DNA of 64,000 bases from Hemiscyllium ocellatum (lineage: Eukaryota), in assembly GCF_020745735.1 (NCBI RefSeq), contig NC_083429.1, forward strand, positions 21,619,877 to 21,683,876, read 5' to 3'. Under the pieces are notes generated by a model. It saw nothing but the letters and a program-made list of their open reading frames with translations, made no database searches and was not told the DNA's origin. Below, in pieces: positions 1 to 14,300 of this stretch. Positions within the stretch are counted from its first letter, which is position 1, and each line of letters opens with the position of its first letter. Position numbers and translations under genes: made by a program.

Positions 1-449
1 GAGAGGCAGTTATGTCTATAACTGTCCTTGTGTTTCCTAGTGGTAAGAATGTGTCAGTCTGCCATGTTTGTGGAGGTGGTTGTTGAAAGTGCAGAAAAAG
101 AAAAATTCAGTTTTGATGAAGCCAGTTGTGAAGAGACGTTCTAATGAGAAGACTAGTGATCTCATTTCCAGTCTGAATTAGTTGATCTTGGGCAGGACAA
201 ATTTTGAAATAGAATTAAATGTCATCCATGACTCAGAAGAACAATAAGTAAGTCAGGAACCACTTGGCTCTTTCCTTGCTGAAATATAAGGGTGATTTTT
301 GATGTAAAGTGCTGCACACATCCCGGTAATAAACATTGATATAAGGGAGCCACTGGTCGCGTGCCAGCTAATTCACAAATGCAAGATGGCAGTTAGAGCA
401 GCGCCACCAAAACAGAAGAGTATTGTATAGCATCATGATTGCCAATAAT

Positions 450-740
450 ATTTCTTTTTGAAATATAAACATTGTTGTAATTTGAAATACACAGCAAGCT
501 TCCACAAACAGCAAAACAATAATGACTAGAATTTGTATTTTACCCATGTTGATTGAGGGATAAATATTAACCAGGTTCCTGGGGAGATCTGAGTCTTCAA
601 ATAGCTCACTGAGATATGACATTAACAAAAAGAGGGGAAATGGAGTAATGGTTTAATTTGCTGTCTGAAAGACACTGTCGCAGTGCCTCAGCAGTGCATT
701 GGAGTGTCCACCTAGATTTTGTGCTCAAATTCCCAGGGTC
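450..740 (-). mobile_element. Ancient Deu-domain SINE (SacSINE1/AmnSINE1-like) remnant
   Basis: Reverse complement shows AATATTTATCCCTCAATCAACAT...TTGCTGTTTGTGGAAGCTTGCTGTG, resembling the Deu core as recalled; related to 61960-62320. Confidence 0.6.
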
Positions 741-911
741 TTGTGAAATGGTTAGTCTGCTACTGCTAAAACATGGCTAGCAAAAGTCAGTTTCATATTA
801 AAAATAAACTTACATACAACAAAATTAGAAAAAATACATGGAAAAAGTTAAAATTAATTACTTGTTAATCATTGGAGCATTTGAGTGCTAGAGTCCACTT
901 TTTTTAAAGCT

Positions 912-3900
912 TGTTATACCGTTTTGGATACTGTTGTGGGGGATGACTTACTAGGGGCATGCAATGGGGTGCAGGTCTCTAGCACAGTGTCTGTCCCTGT
1001 TCCACAGAAGGGAACGGGGGGAAGGAGGAGAGGGTTTGTCATTGGGAACACAACAGTTAGAGGGTCAGATAGAACGTTTGTTGGGAGTGAACGAGACTTC
1101 GGTTGATGTGTTGTCTCCCAGGTGCCAAGGTCCATGATGACTCTGATTGTGTCTCTGGGGTCCTGAAGGGAGAGGGTGCCCAGCCCCAAGTCGTGGTCCA
1201 CATAGGTACCAACGACATAGGATAGGAATGTAAGGCAGAATTTCAGGGAGTTAGAGTGGAAGCTAAGAGCTAAAACAAACAGAGTTGTTATCTCTGGTTT
1301 GTTACCCGTGCCAAGGAAGGAATAGAGGGAGATATCAGCTGAGCACGTGGCTGCAGGAATGGTGCAGGAGGGAGGGTTTCAGGTACATGGATAATTGGGG
1401 ATCATTCTGGGGAAGGTGGGACCTCTACAAACAGGATAGTCTTCACTTGAACCAGAGGGGTACAAATATCCTGGGTGGGAAATTTGCTGGTGCTATTGGG
1501 TGGGTTTAAACTAGCTCAGCAGGAGGTTGGGAACTGGAGGTGTGGTTGCAGTGCACAGGAAGGTGAGAGTAGGGAGGGCATGGACAGGATTTCACAGTCA
1601 CAGAAATGTGCTGGTAGGGACAGCAAGCTGGTCTGAAGTGTGTCTACTTCAACGCCAGAAGTATCCAAAATAAGGTTGGTGAGCTTGCAGCATGGATAGG
1701 TATCTGGGACTTTGATGTTATCGCCATTTCGGAGACATGGATAGAGCAGGGTGAGGAATGGATGTTGCAGGTTACAGGATTTAGATCTTTCATTAAGAAC
1801 AGGGAAGGCGGTAAAAGTGGGGAAGGTGTGGCCTTGTTAATCAAAGACATTGTAACGGTGGCTGAAAGAACTTCTGACTGCCTGACCTGCTGTACTTTTC
1901 CAGCAACATACACTCAACTCTGATCTCCAACATCTGCAGACCTCACTTTCTCCTTTTGGCGAGGACTAGCCTACTGAGGTGTTATGGGCTGAGTTTAGAA
2001 ACAGGAGAGGTTACACTGCTGGGAGCTTTTTAATGGGCCTTTGCAGAGTTCCAGGGATGTGGAGCAGAGGATCGGCAAAACTATTCTGGGTAGGAGTGAA
2101 AGGAACAGAGTGGTCATTATGGGGGACTTTAACTTCCCAATATCGAAAATACTATAACTCTAGTAGTCGGATGGATCAGTTTTTGTCCAGTGTGTGCAGG
2201 AGGGTTTTCTGACACAGTATGTTCAAGGGCCGACAAGAGGGAAGGTCACACTGGATCTGGTGCTTGCTAATGAATCAGGCCAGGTGTTTGATATAGAGGT
2301 AGGTGAGCACTTTGGAGAGAGTGACCATAATTCAGTTACATTTAGATTAGCGATGGAAAGGGATAGATACATGCCACAGGGCAAGAGTTATCAATGGGGC
2401 TAGAGCAATTATAATGCAATTAGGCAAGATTTAGGATGCATAGAATGGGGTAACAAAATGCAGGGGATAGGGACAATTGAAATGTAGAGCTGATTAAAGG
2501 AACAGATACTGCGTGTCCTTGATAGGTATGTCCCTATCAGGCAGGGAGGAAGTGATAAGGTAAGGGAACTGTGGTTTACTAAACAAATCACATCTCTTGT
2601 TAAGCGGAAGAAGGAGGCTTATGTGAAGTTGAGAAGAGATGGTTCAGATGAGGTGATGGGAAGTTACAGATCAGCTAGGAAGGATTTAAAGACAGGGTTA
2701 AGAAGAGCAAGGAGAGCACATAAGCAGTCTTTAGCAGGTAGAATAAAGGAAACCCTAAAGCTTTTTATGGGTATGTGAGGAATGAAAGGATGACTAGGGT
2801 AGGAATAGGGCCAGTCAAAGACAGAAGTGGGAACTTGTGTGTTGAACCTGTGGAGATCTGAGAGGCGCTAAACGAATACTTCTCATCTGTTTTCACTCAG
2901 GAAAAGGAGAATATTGTAGAGGAGAAGAATGAGATATGGGATATTAAAACTAGAAAGGATCGAGGTTAGTAAGGAAGAGGTGTTACCACTTGTGGAAGGA
3001 GTGAAAGTAGACAAGACTTCTGGGTTGGATGGGATTTATCCTAGGATTCTCTGGGAAGCTAGGGAGAAGGTGTTGAAGCCTCTGGCTTTGATCTTTGAGT
3101 GGTCATTGTCTACAGGTTTCGTACCAGAGGACTGGAGGATTGCAAATGTTGTTCCATGACCCATTATAGACAAGTGAGCCTTATGTCTGTTGTAGGAAAC
3201 CTCTTGGGAAAGAATAACAAGAGGATTTATAATCATCTAGCAAGCAACAATTTGATTGCAGATTGTCAACATGGTTTCGTCAAGGACAGGTCATGTCTCA
3301 CAAACCTCAGAGTTTTTTGAGAAGGTGACCAAGCATGTAGATGAGAGTAGGGCAATTGACGTGGTGTACATGGACTTCAGTAAGGCCTTTGATAAGGTTC
3401 CACATCGTAGGTTGATGGAGAAAATGCAGAGGCAAGGGGTTGTGGGTGATTTAGCAGTTTGGATTAGGAACTGGCTTTCTGTAAGAAGGCATCAAGTGGT
3501 GCTTGCTGGAAAATATTCAGCCTGGAATCTGGTTACTAGTGGTATGCCACAAGGATCTGTTCTGGGACTGCTGCTGTTTAGCATTTTTATAAATGACTTG
3601 GATACAAGCATAGGTGAATGGGTTAGTAAGTTTGCAGATCACACTAAAGTCGGTAGAGTGGTAGACAGTGTGAAAGAATATTGCAGGTTGCAGAGGGATT
3701 TGGATAAACTGCAGAATTGGGCTGAGAAGTGGCAAATGGAATTCAATGCAGATAAATGTGAGGTGATTCACTTTGGGAAGAATAACAGGTAGTTGGAATG
3801 CTGGGTCAGTGGAAAGATTCTTGGTAGTGTGGATGTGCAGAGGGATCTTGGAGTCGATATACATAGATCCCTGAAAGTTGTCACCCAGGTTGATAGTGCG

Positions 3901-4497
3901 TTTAATAAGGCATACGGTGTGTTAGGTTTTATTGATAGAGGGATTGAGTTCCAGAGCAATGATTTCATGCTGCAACTATACAAAATGCCAGTTTGGCCGC
4001 ATTTGGCATATTGTGTACAGTACTGGTTGCCCCATTACAGGAAGGATGTGGAAGCATTGGAAAGGGTACAGAGGAGATTTACCAGGATGTTGCCTGGTCT
4101 GGAGGGAAGGTTTTATGAGGAAAGGCTGAGTGAATTGGGTCTGTTCTCATTGGAGGGAAGAAAACTAAAGGGGATTTGATAGAGACGTACAAGACGATCA
4201 GAGTATTAGATAGGGTGGACAGTGAAAGTCTTTTTCCTAGGATGATGACGTCCGTTTGTATGAGGGGACACAGCTGCAAATTGAGGGGTGATAGATTTAA
4301 GACAGATGTCAGAGGCAGGTTCTTCACTCGGAGAGTGGCAAGGGCATGGAATATCCTGTCTGCCAATGTAGTTCACTCAGCCATATTGGGGACATTTAAA
4401 CAATCCTTGGATAATGATGGGATAGTGTTGGGGGATGGGCTTAGATTCGTTCATTGAGGGCTGACAGGCCTATTCTGCCCTGTATTGTTTTATGTTA
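912..4497 (+). mobile_element. CR1 LINE, 5'-truncated and decayed (ORF1 SGNH esterase, ORF2 APE endonuclease + RT)
   Basis: VVVHIGTNDIG esterase block, YFNARS/GDFN/SDHN endonuclease motifs, RT motifs YMDFSKAFDKVPH, PQGSVLG and FADHTK, and a CR1 3' end; many stops and frameshifts. Confidence 0.93.
1876..1955 (+). mobile_element. Short PLE-derived repeat fragment inserted in the CR1
   Basis: CTGCCTGACCTGCTGTACTTTTCCAGC...CATCTGCAGACCTCACTTTCTCC, shared with the hammerhead-bearing family (16596, 30193), interrupts the endonuclease region. Confidence 0.7.
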
Positions 4498-5167
4498 CTA
4501 CTTAAGTTTAGGATTCTGGAGTTATTGACCAGTTGTGAACCTGTCACATTCTCTTCCTCGTTATTGATATTGCTGATCATGAGAATGATCCAGTGATACA
4601 TCAATCCTTGCAATTCACTTTGAAGAAGATATCCAAGAATATTGATGAATGCAATGTTCCTGATCCTACCCACTCTTGTAGTTCCTGATTGTTGGAAGTG
4701 TGATATCTAGGGCATAGTTACTTCACCTAATTGGCACTGCTAATTTCTGATTCTCCGGTATGGTGAGTAGTTGAATCATGAAGATATTGCCAGATCTGTC
4801 TTTACCTAATTCCTAATGCGGGCAGTTTACAGTGATCACTGAATAAAAATGACCAGATAGGGTAAGTTTGGAATGCTTGTTTGGAATGCTTTGGAATGCC
4901 TGTCTGCGGTGGGGTACAGTGCTTGCTCACATAGCCCCAGCAATAATACTTGCTCTAATGGTGTACTTATCCAGCTGTCTTGATTCAGTAATTCACTTAT
5001 TTTCTTTTCCTTTCTCATGGTGAGAACATCACAGACTTGATGGGCAATTATATGAGAGTTCATTACACTTTTTTTGTCCATACTTGGATTTTTCTTTCTA
5101 TTTTTTATCCCTCTCATCTTTTTTCCTGTATTTACTTTTTCTCTTTTCTTTCATCTGTCACATCCAG

Positions 5168-5336
5168 CACCTGTACAAGATGCACCGGAAAAGAAAATGG
5201 AAGGTCAGTTAAAGGCTCCTGCGACGGTGGCTGCAGGAGATGCCAACCAAAATGGTTTGACTCAGGAAGAAATCATCCAGAGGAATAGGGAGGAATTTTT
5301 CCGTAAAAGACAGGGGAAAGATAAAAAAGACAGCAG
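5168..5336 (+). CDS. SRPRA: SRPRA linker exon (PVQDAPEKK...[23 protein letters not shown])
   Basis: Long pyrimidine tract + CAG acceptor at 5165-5167, AG|GTGAGA donor; phase joins the next exon. Confidence 0.85.
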
Positions 5337-8300
5337 GTGAGAAGGCACCTTTATTTCTGAGGGAGTATATCTTTGAATTAACTCGCTGATTATATTTTCT
5401 CTGTTTACCTGATGGGTAATGCAAAATAATAAAACCTGTTTTTGCTAATTCGAAGAGGCACTTGTGGCTTGTTACAAGGACAGTTGAGACTACCTCTGCT
5501 ACACTTTGTTAATGCATGTATGTTTTAGAAATACTCTTGCATATTCATGTAATACACTTCACAACACTTTGGTGAATTTAATTTGACAATGCTAATCAAA
5601 TGTAATTTTGCTTGGAACATTTGATTTGCAGAATGTATGATTATCTGGTCATTAATCCTAACATTTACTTTAGGAGGTTGTAATCCTTTGCCAAACATGG
5701 GAATGCCATCAGGCCATGTAATTGCTTTCTAATTTATTGGTTTGTCTCTTCCAGTCATTAATTTTTCAACATAAGTTTATGAGATGATGGTATATAGAGA
5801 TTGACTGCAGTAATGTGTCTCTCTCACTCCATGAACTGCAGCAGCAAGTCCCCTAAGCCAACAAAGCCGAAAACCCGTCGTGTCTGGCCACTGGATTCCA
5901 ACAAAACTAATGCCAAAGATCTTGACTACAGCGAGAAACTTGTCAATGGTCAATCCAGCACCTATGCCAATAACGGAGGTGACACCAGTGTAGATATGGT
6001 ATGTTTACTCATTATAGATTGTGCTGATCTTTCAGTATTGATCATTGGCCCTCTAATTGGAACAGTACTTTGTCTCGTTATTTTATTTCCACAAGCAAAT
6101 TTTGCACAATTGCAAATGGGTAAAAAAAGGCTCAAAAATTTGGGTGTAATTTCCAAGTTTGTGAATATCTTGAGATTGGCACAATGTAGACTTATACTAG
6201 TTATTTATACTAGGATGCAGATCACCAAATGTTAATAGCATATAATATGCCAAGAAGACTGGGGATGTAGAAAGGAGCAGTGTGACAAAATGTAAAAGCA
6301 TAGAAACAAACCTGTAGAAGGAAGAGTCATTGGTGAAAAACTATATATATATATATAGAATTATGCTTAGACCTTACTTGGAGGATGTGCAGATGTTGTC
6401 TCCATTTTATAAAACAATAGAGGAACTGGAACAAGATGCTAAAAACGATTGGCAAAAATTACACCAAACTAAGGTGATATCCCTATTAAGAACCAAAGAA
6501 CATGCAGGCTTTTTTCTATAGAAGGGACAAGCCTGAATGACAATCTAAAATAGATTGGAAAAGGTTTGATGTGTTAGATGTGGAGATTCTCAATGAGAGC
6601 AGAATAAGGGGCCATAAATTTAACTCAGTCCCTAATAAATGCAACAGGGTTTCAGAAGGAACTTCACCAGAAAGGGATTAGAATTTGGAATTTGCTACCA
6701 CAGAAGGTAGTATAGGTAAGTAGCATAGGTGCACTCTAGTGGAAGTCAAACATGTGCTGGAAAAGCACAGCCAGTCAGGAGAGTCGATGTTTTGAGCATA
6801 AGCCCTTCATCAGATATTCTAGCATCTGCAGTCCACACTTTCTCTTAGATTCTAGTGGAAGCTAGATAAACCCAAGGGAGAAAGCAAAGTTATGCTGATG
6901 GAATTAGATACAGTAGGCATTTTTATTTTTGCAAAGGCCCTTGCTTATGTGGGTAATATGATGTCTTGACTTAGTTTGTAACTGCAACTTCTTTATTCTT
7001 TTGAGAGCCTTTGGGTATTTTTTTCACTTTTGTATCTTTGCGTATTTATGCTATGTTTAACCTGATGTAAAGCTGAGGCTGCAGAGATGTCATCAATTGT
7101 CAGGCTTTTACTGACACGAGGATAGTCAGCCACAAAATTTTAACAAGGCCTGGTTTGTCTCTCCAGCTTGTCTTTTCCTTCCACAGGCAATTAGTTTGGG
7201 CAGTCACTGGGTATGCTGGCTGATCTCTTGCAGTGTTCCTTAAAAATGTATGAATTATTAAATAAGGTCAGTTTAAAAGAAATATAGATGTAGATTACTG
7301 TGTAAAACAAAAATTACTTGTGCACAAAGCACTTGGGCCTAGTTTTAGAAAAAAACCTAGTAACATAAACACAAAATATAGGTGCTGGAGTTGGCCATTC
7401 ATCCCTTCAATCCTGTACCACCATTCACTATGATCATGGCTGATCATGCAATTTCAGTATTGCACTCCCACTTTCTCCCCATAACCCTTGATCCCTTTAG
7501 TTGCAAAGACCAAGTCCAACTCCCACATGAATATATCTAATGAACTGGCCCCAATAGCTTCCTGTGGGAGATAATTCCACAGGTTCACAACTCTCTGTGA
7601 AGAGACACTTGCTCATTTCAGTCCTGAATGGCTTATCCCTTATTCGTAGTCTGTGACCCCTAGTTCTGGATTTCCCCCACATTGGGGACATTCTTCCCAT
7701 ATCTACCGTGTCCACTCCCATCAGGATGTTATATGTTTCTATTCGATCCCCCCTCGTTCTTTTAAATTCCAGCAAGCACAAGTCCAGTTGATCCAGTTTT
7801 TCAGGGAGATGATGATTTACATATTCTGTGAAGATAATTTTTTAAGACTTAATTTACAAACTGCTTTTCTTCACACAATATTGCAGAATTTGTGCCGTGG
7901 ATCAATGGCAGGAGATTTGAAAGCTGTAGATTATGAGAGCTCTGAAGAGCAAGAAGAAGAGGAAGAAGAAGTAGTTCAAGAGACTTCTCACAATGGGTAA
8001 GTATGTCCAAACTGAACCAGAACAATCTCCTTCAGATCAGTACTTAACCACCCATCCAATGGGAAGAAACCATTCATAAAATTGTTAAAGTAGAATGATC
8101 AAAGTTTACTTTTGTTTTTTTTCATTTACAATGCATGATCACAGCGTGAAGAAGAGAGGTGGATTTGGTGGCATGTTTGGAATGCTGAAGGGCCTGGTTG
8201 GATCTAAAAGTCTTACCCCGCAAGACATGCAGCCTGTCCTTGAAAAGATGAAAGATCACTTGATTGGTATGATGTAGCTATTTCCTCTGTAATGCTGAAT

Positions 8301-11300
8301 AATGTTCTGAATTGTGCTGCTGATACCTGTTTGAATGCTACAACTTATCTGACTCGCTTAAGGCACTGTACTTGACTCACTTTTCCTTCCTTTTATCTTT
8401 TATTTTCCTCCAGCTAAAAATGTTGCTGCAGATATCACAGTCCAGTTGTGTGAATCAGTGGCCAAAAAGCTGGAGGGAAAAGTCATGGGAACCTTCAGCA
8501 GTAAGTTGAATTAATATTATGAACCTGAGTGTTTGGCTGCTATCACCTTGTGACATGATCCATGTTTGCGTTATGTATGTCACTTGATGGGATTAAACTT
8601 AGGATTGGAGGCAGAATTCAGTCCATTTTTTTCGTTAAACATTTCCACCTCAGGTCCCCAAGTTTAGGAAGCTTGATTACACCTTGAATGTCAGAAAGCA
8701 GTGGGGTGTAGGGAGTGATTCTTCGACCTCATATTTCCATGATTATGTGGTCCTTTTTGATCCCCAAATATCTTGCAAAATTGTATTTAAATTAAGTAGT
8801 TTTGTAGCATTTATGGGTTCATTCTGTCCTTCCAAAGTTGACCTGCTGTGAAAGTAATGGCACATTTATCCTAATTTAAATGAAATAATGTATAGAGTTC
8901 TCAGGAGATCTCCAGCCTGTGGCCAACCTTCACGGAAAAATATTTCATTGTAAGGAGTGCTTTCCTAATGGATAGTGCCATTTGAAAATGGGCCTTCCTT
9001 TCATTACTTATACATGTCTCACTGAATCATCACAGATACCCTGAGAGAAGACTCTGATGTTCGTGTGATTGCTGTCCCTCCAAGGAGACATCAAGAACAT
9101 TGTTTACATTATTTAGCATAAGCTAACTGCAAGGATACAATGAGAAAACTTGGAACTGCTAGAGAAATGAGCAAATTTTGTAATTTTAATGTACATTTTC
9201 ATAATCAATGCTAGTACAGTCTAAATCAGTAAATTAATTTATTCCAATTAGCTGTGGTTGTAACTCCTGTAATTGTACCCTGATCTGTGTTTCTGGACTT
9301 TTTTTCTAAAGTCCCTGAGTTTAACGTAGTTATGTTTGCCTCTGGATGGCAGCTTGTGGATGTGCTCATCTTGTTCAGTGATAGGCATTATGTGTATAGT
9401 GAGTTAATATAATCATTTAGTACCCTGGCTAGTGTTACTTTAAAACAAAAGGATGAATTGCAAGGGAAGGTTTTATCTGTTTTTAAAAAAATATAGAATC
9501 TATATTGCTAGCTGATGGTGAGGTTTGAGAAGATCTGTAGCTCAGGTTGAGGTTCTGGATGTAGGTTTGCTCGCTGAGCTGAAAGGTTCATTTTCAGATA
9601 TTTCGTCACCATATGAGGTAACATCTTCAGTGAGCCTTCTGATGAAGCATTGGTGGTGTAGCCTGCTTTCTGTTTATATGTTTGGGTTTCCTTGGGTTGG
9701 TGATCATCACCCTCACCAACTGAAGAAACCCAAACATATAAATAGAAAGCAGGCTACACCACCAGTGCATCATCAGGAGGCTCACTGAAGATGTTCCCTA
9801 GTATGGTGACGAAATGTCTGAAAACAAACCTCCCAGCTCAGCGAGCAAACCTACATCCAGAATTAGCTGATCTTGCCATTTGTAGTGGGGTTGTGAGGGA
9901 TTAGCTAACTATGGTTTCTGCTCCTGAAAGATGAGTAATTTTTTGCTGGAACTTGTTTGTGAATAGATAATTGGTGAAGTATGGATAGAGTGCAGCTGTG
10001 TTGTGTAGGCCCATTAGTGAGAACGTTATTGTATACGCTGGGTGTGGTTGTGCAGGGCTGCTAGTGTACTGGTACCCGTGTAGCATATAGGAGGAGGATC
10101 CCAAACATAATAGCTTTTGTCTGCATTTGTGGCCAACACCACCACCAGGTGGAGCATTCATGTATAAAATTGGAATGTTTCTGGTTTGATATACAATATA
10201 AAATACAGGTCATTCTGCTATAATGCGTGTTTTGTTAGCGTGAGCGTGCTGTAAAATGATCGATGAATTGTTTCTAAATTGACATGAACTTTTAAAACAT
10301 GTGTTGGCTATAACTCGATTATATCGCCAACACTTTAAGTGCTGTTCCTAAAGTACAATTTTTCTATAAATATGGGGTTGCATGAAAACACAACCATCGT
10401 GTTATGGAAGAACTATCTGTACCTTTCACAATTAAAGGGAATCCATCTAAAAGGATTATTTTCATTTCAAATAATATCTGGAACTGAAACAACCTGTTTG
10501 GTATCAGCAGTTTTTAAAAATGCAGCCTCAGCAAACTTCAGGAACAAAACGCAATGTATGTTTAATCATGTTCTTAAGGAACCTTCCCTGTTCCAACCAC
10601 TTGTAGCAACAACGTTGCAGGTGCTTCCATGCCCCCTCAGTTGGATCACAGTGGCTATTTTTAACGGCAACACCCATCTCAGCTTTTGTTATGTACACTT
10701 AATTTATTTAAATAATTTTTGTTTGATTTGGGGTGGCTCAGTGGTTAACACTGCTGTCTCACAGCACCAGAGACAAGGGTTCGATTCCAGTCTCTGGCAC
10801 CTATCTGTGTAGTTTGCACATTCTCTCCATGTCTGCGTGGGTTTCATCCGCGTGCTCCGGTTTCCTCCCACAGTCCAAAGATATGCAGGTCAGGTGGATT
10901 GGCCATGCTAAATTGCCCATAGAGTTAGGTGCATTAGTCAGAGGGTCAGTTACTCTTCAGAGGGTCGATGTGAACTTGCTGGGCTGAAGGGCTGGTTTCC
11001 AGACTGTAGGGGAATCTAATCATTTGCATCATCCCCAAAATCCCATTCTTACTAACTAGCTAATTAAGCATATCTCTCTGTTCACTGGCAGCGGTGACCT
11101 CGACAGTGAAGCAGGCCTTGCAGGATTCCCTTGTTCAGATCTTACAACCAAAGAGACGTGTCGATATCTTACGTGACATTATCGAAGCTCAAAAACAGAG
11201 GCGTCCCTTCGTTATTACTTTTTGCGGTGTGAATGGAGTTGGGAAGTCTACCAACCTCGCCAAGGTCAGGCATCAGAAACCTATTGTTATCGTGTTTGTA

Positions 11301-14300
11301 AGATGATAAAGTTTGAAGAACCTGAAATACTAGAGCAGCAACAACTATTTGTCTCCATCCCCATCCTGACTCCTATGCCATTTCATTTTCGAAGTTTCAG
11401 GGACAACCAATGCTTTGAGTACATTTATTTGTCTCCAGGTTTCAGGACCAGCATCTTTCTCCTTTTTCACTGAACTCAACTATTCAGCCCAGGGCTGCAT
11501 TTCTTTCCAATGGCACTTTATTTGTTCACTCCTGGGACGCTGGCACCCACTGGCTAGGCCAGCATTTAATGCCCATCCCTTGTTGCCCTTGAAGCTGGTG
11601 ATGAGCTGCTTTCTTTAATTACTGCAGTCCATGTGCTGGACGTAGTGCTATTAGGGAAAGGAGTCAAAAAGTATGGCACTGATGAAGGGCTTATGCCCGA
11701 AATGTCGACTCCTGTTTCTCGGATGCTGTCTGGCCTGCTCTGTTTTTCTAGTACCACACTTTTTGACTCTGACTCTCCTGCTTCTGCAGTCCTCACTTTC
11801 TCCCTGTTTGGGAGGGGATTCCAAGGAAATGTATTGCCGTTCCAAGTCAGGGTAGTGAGTGACTTGGAGGGGAACTTGCAGGTGGTAGTCTTTCCATGTA
11901 GCTACTGCCCTTGTCTTTGTAGATGGAAGTGGCCTTGGGTTTAGAAGGTGCTGTCTAAAGATCTTGGGGGAATTTCTACAATACATCTTGTAGAAAGTAG
12001 CACAGTGTAATGAGCATCAGTGGTGGAGTAACTGAATGTTTGTGGATGAGGTGCCAATCAGGTTGACTGCTTTGTCCTGATGGTGTCACCTCTAACACCT
12101 CATTTCACCTCCAACATTTCTCTTCACTTCTAACATCAGCCGTCTGTGCACTGCTTCAGTCCAGCTGGTACTGAATATCTCATCTATTCTTTTATCACCT
12201 TTAGACTCAATCTTTGGTCCAGTCTGTCCTCCTCTCTCATTATGTCTCCGATTTGATTCTCATTTTTACCTTTAAATGCCTTCAGGTCTTGTTCCTTCCT
12301 ATTTGTAGACTCCTCCAGCACTACAATTCCATTATGATCACCCTGTTCTGAAATTTCCTGCTTAAATTGAGCTGTTTGCAGTCTATATTAATGACTTAAA
12401 AGAAAAGACTGAAAGTGATGTATTCAGATTTATTGATGATACACAGTGAGATGGCATTGTAAGTTGTCAGGAAAATAAAAAGAGCTTTAGGTAACCCTGT
12501 GAATGAAAACAAAATGGCAAATAAGATGTGGAGAAAGGTGACATTTTTCACTTTCTTAATAAGAATAGGAAGCTCAAATTTTTTTTTAAAGGATTTGAAA
12601 CTTGTAAATGTTCATGTTCATAGAACATGGTCTACCTCAACAAAGAAGGCTGAAAGTGGGTACGCAGATATACCAAATAATTAGGAAAACAAATGAGATG
12701 TTAGCCTTATTGTAAGAGAACTGGAGTACACAAATAAAAATGTCTTAGTACAGGTGGATAGGACTTTTGTGTGACCACCTTTGGAGCACTGTTCTTTTAA
12801 TCACCATATTTAAGGAAGAATATACTTGCAGCGAAGGTTCACTGGATTTATCCCTGGGATGAGAAGGTTCCCATATGATCGGCTGACTGAAGTTGGCCCA
12901 TACTCTCTGGGATTTAGAAGATCGAAAAGTAATTTTATTACAATGTGCAAGATTTTGAGGGAGCCCGACTAATTGTTTCCTGTGGCTAAGGATTCTACAA
13001 CATAGGGCTCAATCTATGCATAAGGGGACAATTATTTAGGGCTCAGCTGAGGAGAATTGTCTTCAAATTGTTGTGAATTTTCAGAATTTTCTGTCTCAGA
13101 TAATTGTGATTGTGGGTTATTGACTATCTTTATAGCTGAGATGAACAGATTTGTTTTGGCCAGTCAGGGAGTCAAGGGATACGGGAAATAAGGAAGAAAA
13201 TGAAGCTGAGGTGATTGACTATTGCACACTGGCTGGTGGAGTAAGCTTGAGGCTGAGTCCTTTAGGTCTTACGTTTGTATGTTCCTAATTTCCTCCAGCC
13301 TGTCTATCCTTTTGATTTTCCCTAAAGCATCAGTTCAAGCAATAATCACTCTCCCTCCTTTTGTCATGTCTTTTTATTCTGTTACACCCTGAAGCACCAA
13401 AGGACACATTTTATTTAAGGCCATTGTCTAAGTACAAGTTTAACAGCATTGCCCCATGGGGTAGAATAGTTCTGTTCTCCAAATGTGGCCTTTTCCAAGT
13501 TCCCACAGTCTCCAATTTGCACAACATGGTGCTAAACAGCTGACTTCTGTTTTCCATCGTCCTGAATTCTCTCCTCCTTTCCACCCCCCCCATGCCCCAT
13601 CTCTGACAAAATTTTGAATTACACTGTTCCAGTTCCCATGAGTTCTGACAAGTGTAGAAATTAATCCATTTCTTCTATCAAATAATGAAGGCGGCTTCAA
13701 CTGAAGTGACATACCGAGGAGATTCTTTCCAGTGAGGAGTTTTTTTGGTTGCAGGCACTCTGAGCATGTGCAGAAGGGCAATAGGTGATGAATAAAGGAT
13801 AAAAACAGCATTACACATTGGACACCCAGTAAAGGTGGCTGAGTTGATAAAGTACCATCAGCATGTGAGGTGTAAAGGCAAGTGGGCTGAGAAGAGTCCT
13901 GTTGAGGTCATGGTTGGGCAGCTGAAAACAAAAGATTCATTTTATAGGGGACACAGCTGGCTGTGAACAGAGAAACTCCAATGATTTTATCTTGTAGGGA
14001 ATGAGAGAAAAAGACCAACTCTTGGAGACATGGAGAGGGTCAGAAGGAATGTACGCCTTTTGCTGGACTTGAAGTGATAATTACTGTCATAAGAATGTCT
14101 TCCAGCTCCCTATATTCAAGCATGTTGGTAAATTTCAGGAGCTAAGCAGAGAAACTTCAAATTCTAGAAGTCTGGGGAAAAATGTCAGTATCAGGATGAA
14201 ATGGATCTTGCTGTTTAAGAGGGCAGTTTCACCTGAGTGAATGGGAAATCAAACTCTTTGCTTCCTGCAGATAACCTTCTGGCTGATGGAGAATGGGTTT

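Noticed and set aside
4500-4830. Unexplained non-repetitive stretch with short - strand ORFs (possible viral or other relic)
   Set aside because: All - strand frames I translated are interrupted and no motif is recognisable.
10730-10795. tRNA-like sequences with A/B boxes (also near 15340, 15965, 30660, 62450)
   Set aside because: SINE heads continuing into SINE bodies, not tRNA genes.
11679-11706. TGATGA/CTGA motifs as C/D-box snoRNAs
   Set aside because: They belong to the dispersed hammerhead/PLE repeat and lack C/D box spacing and terminal stems.
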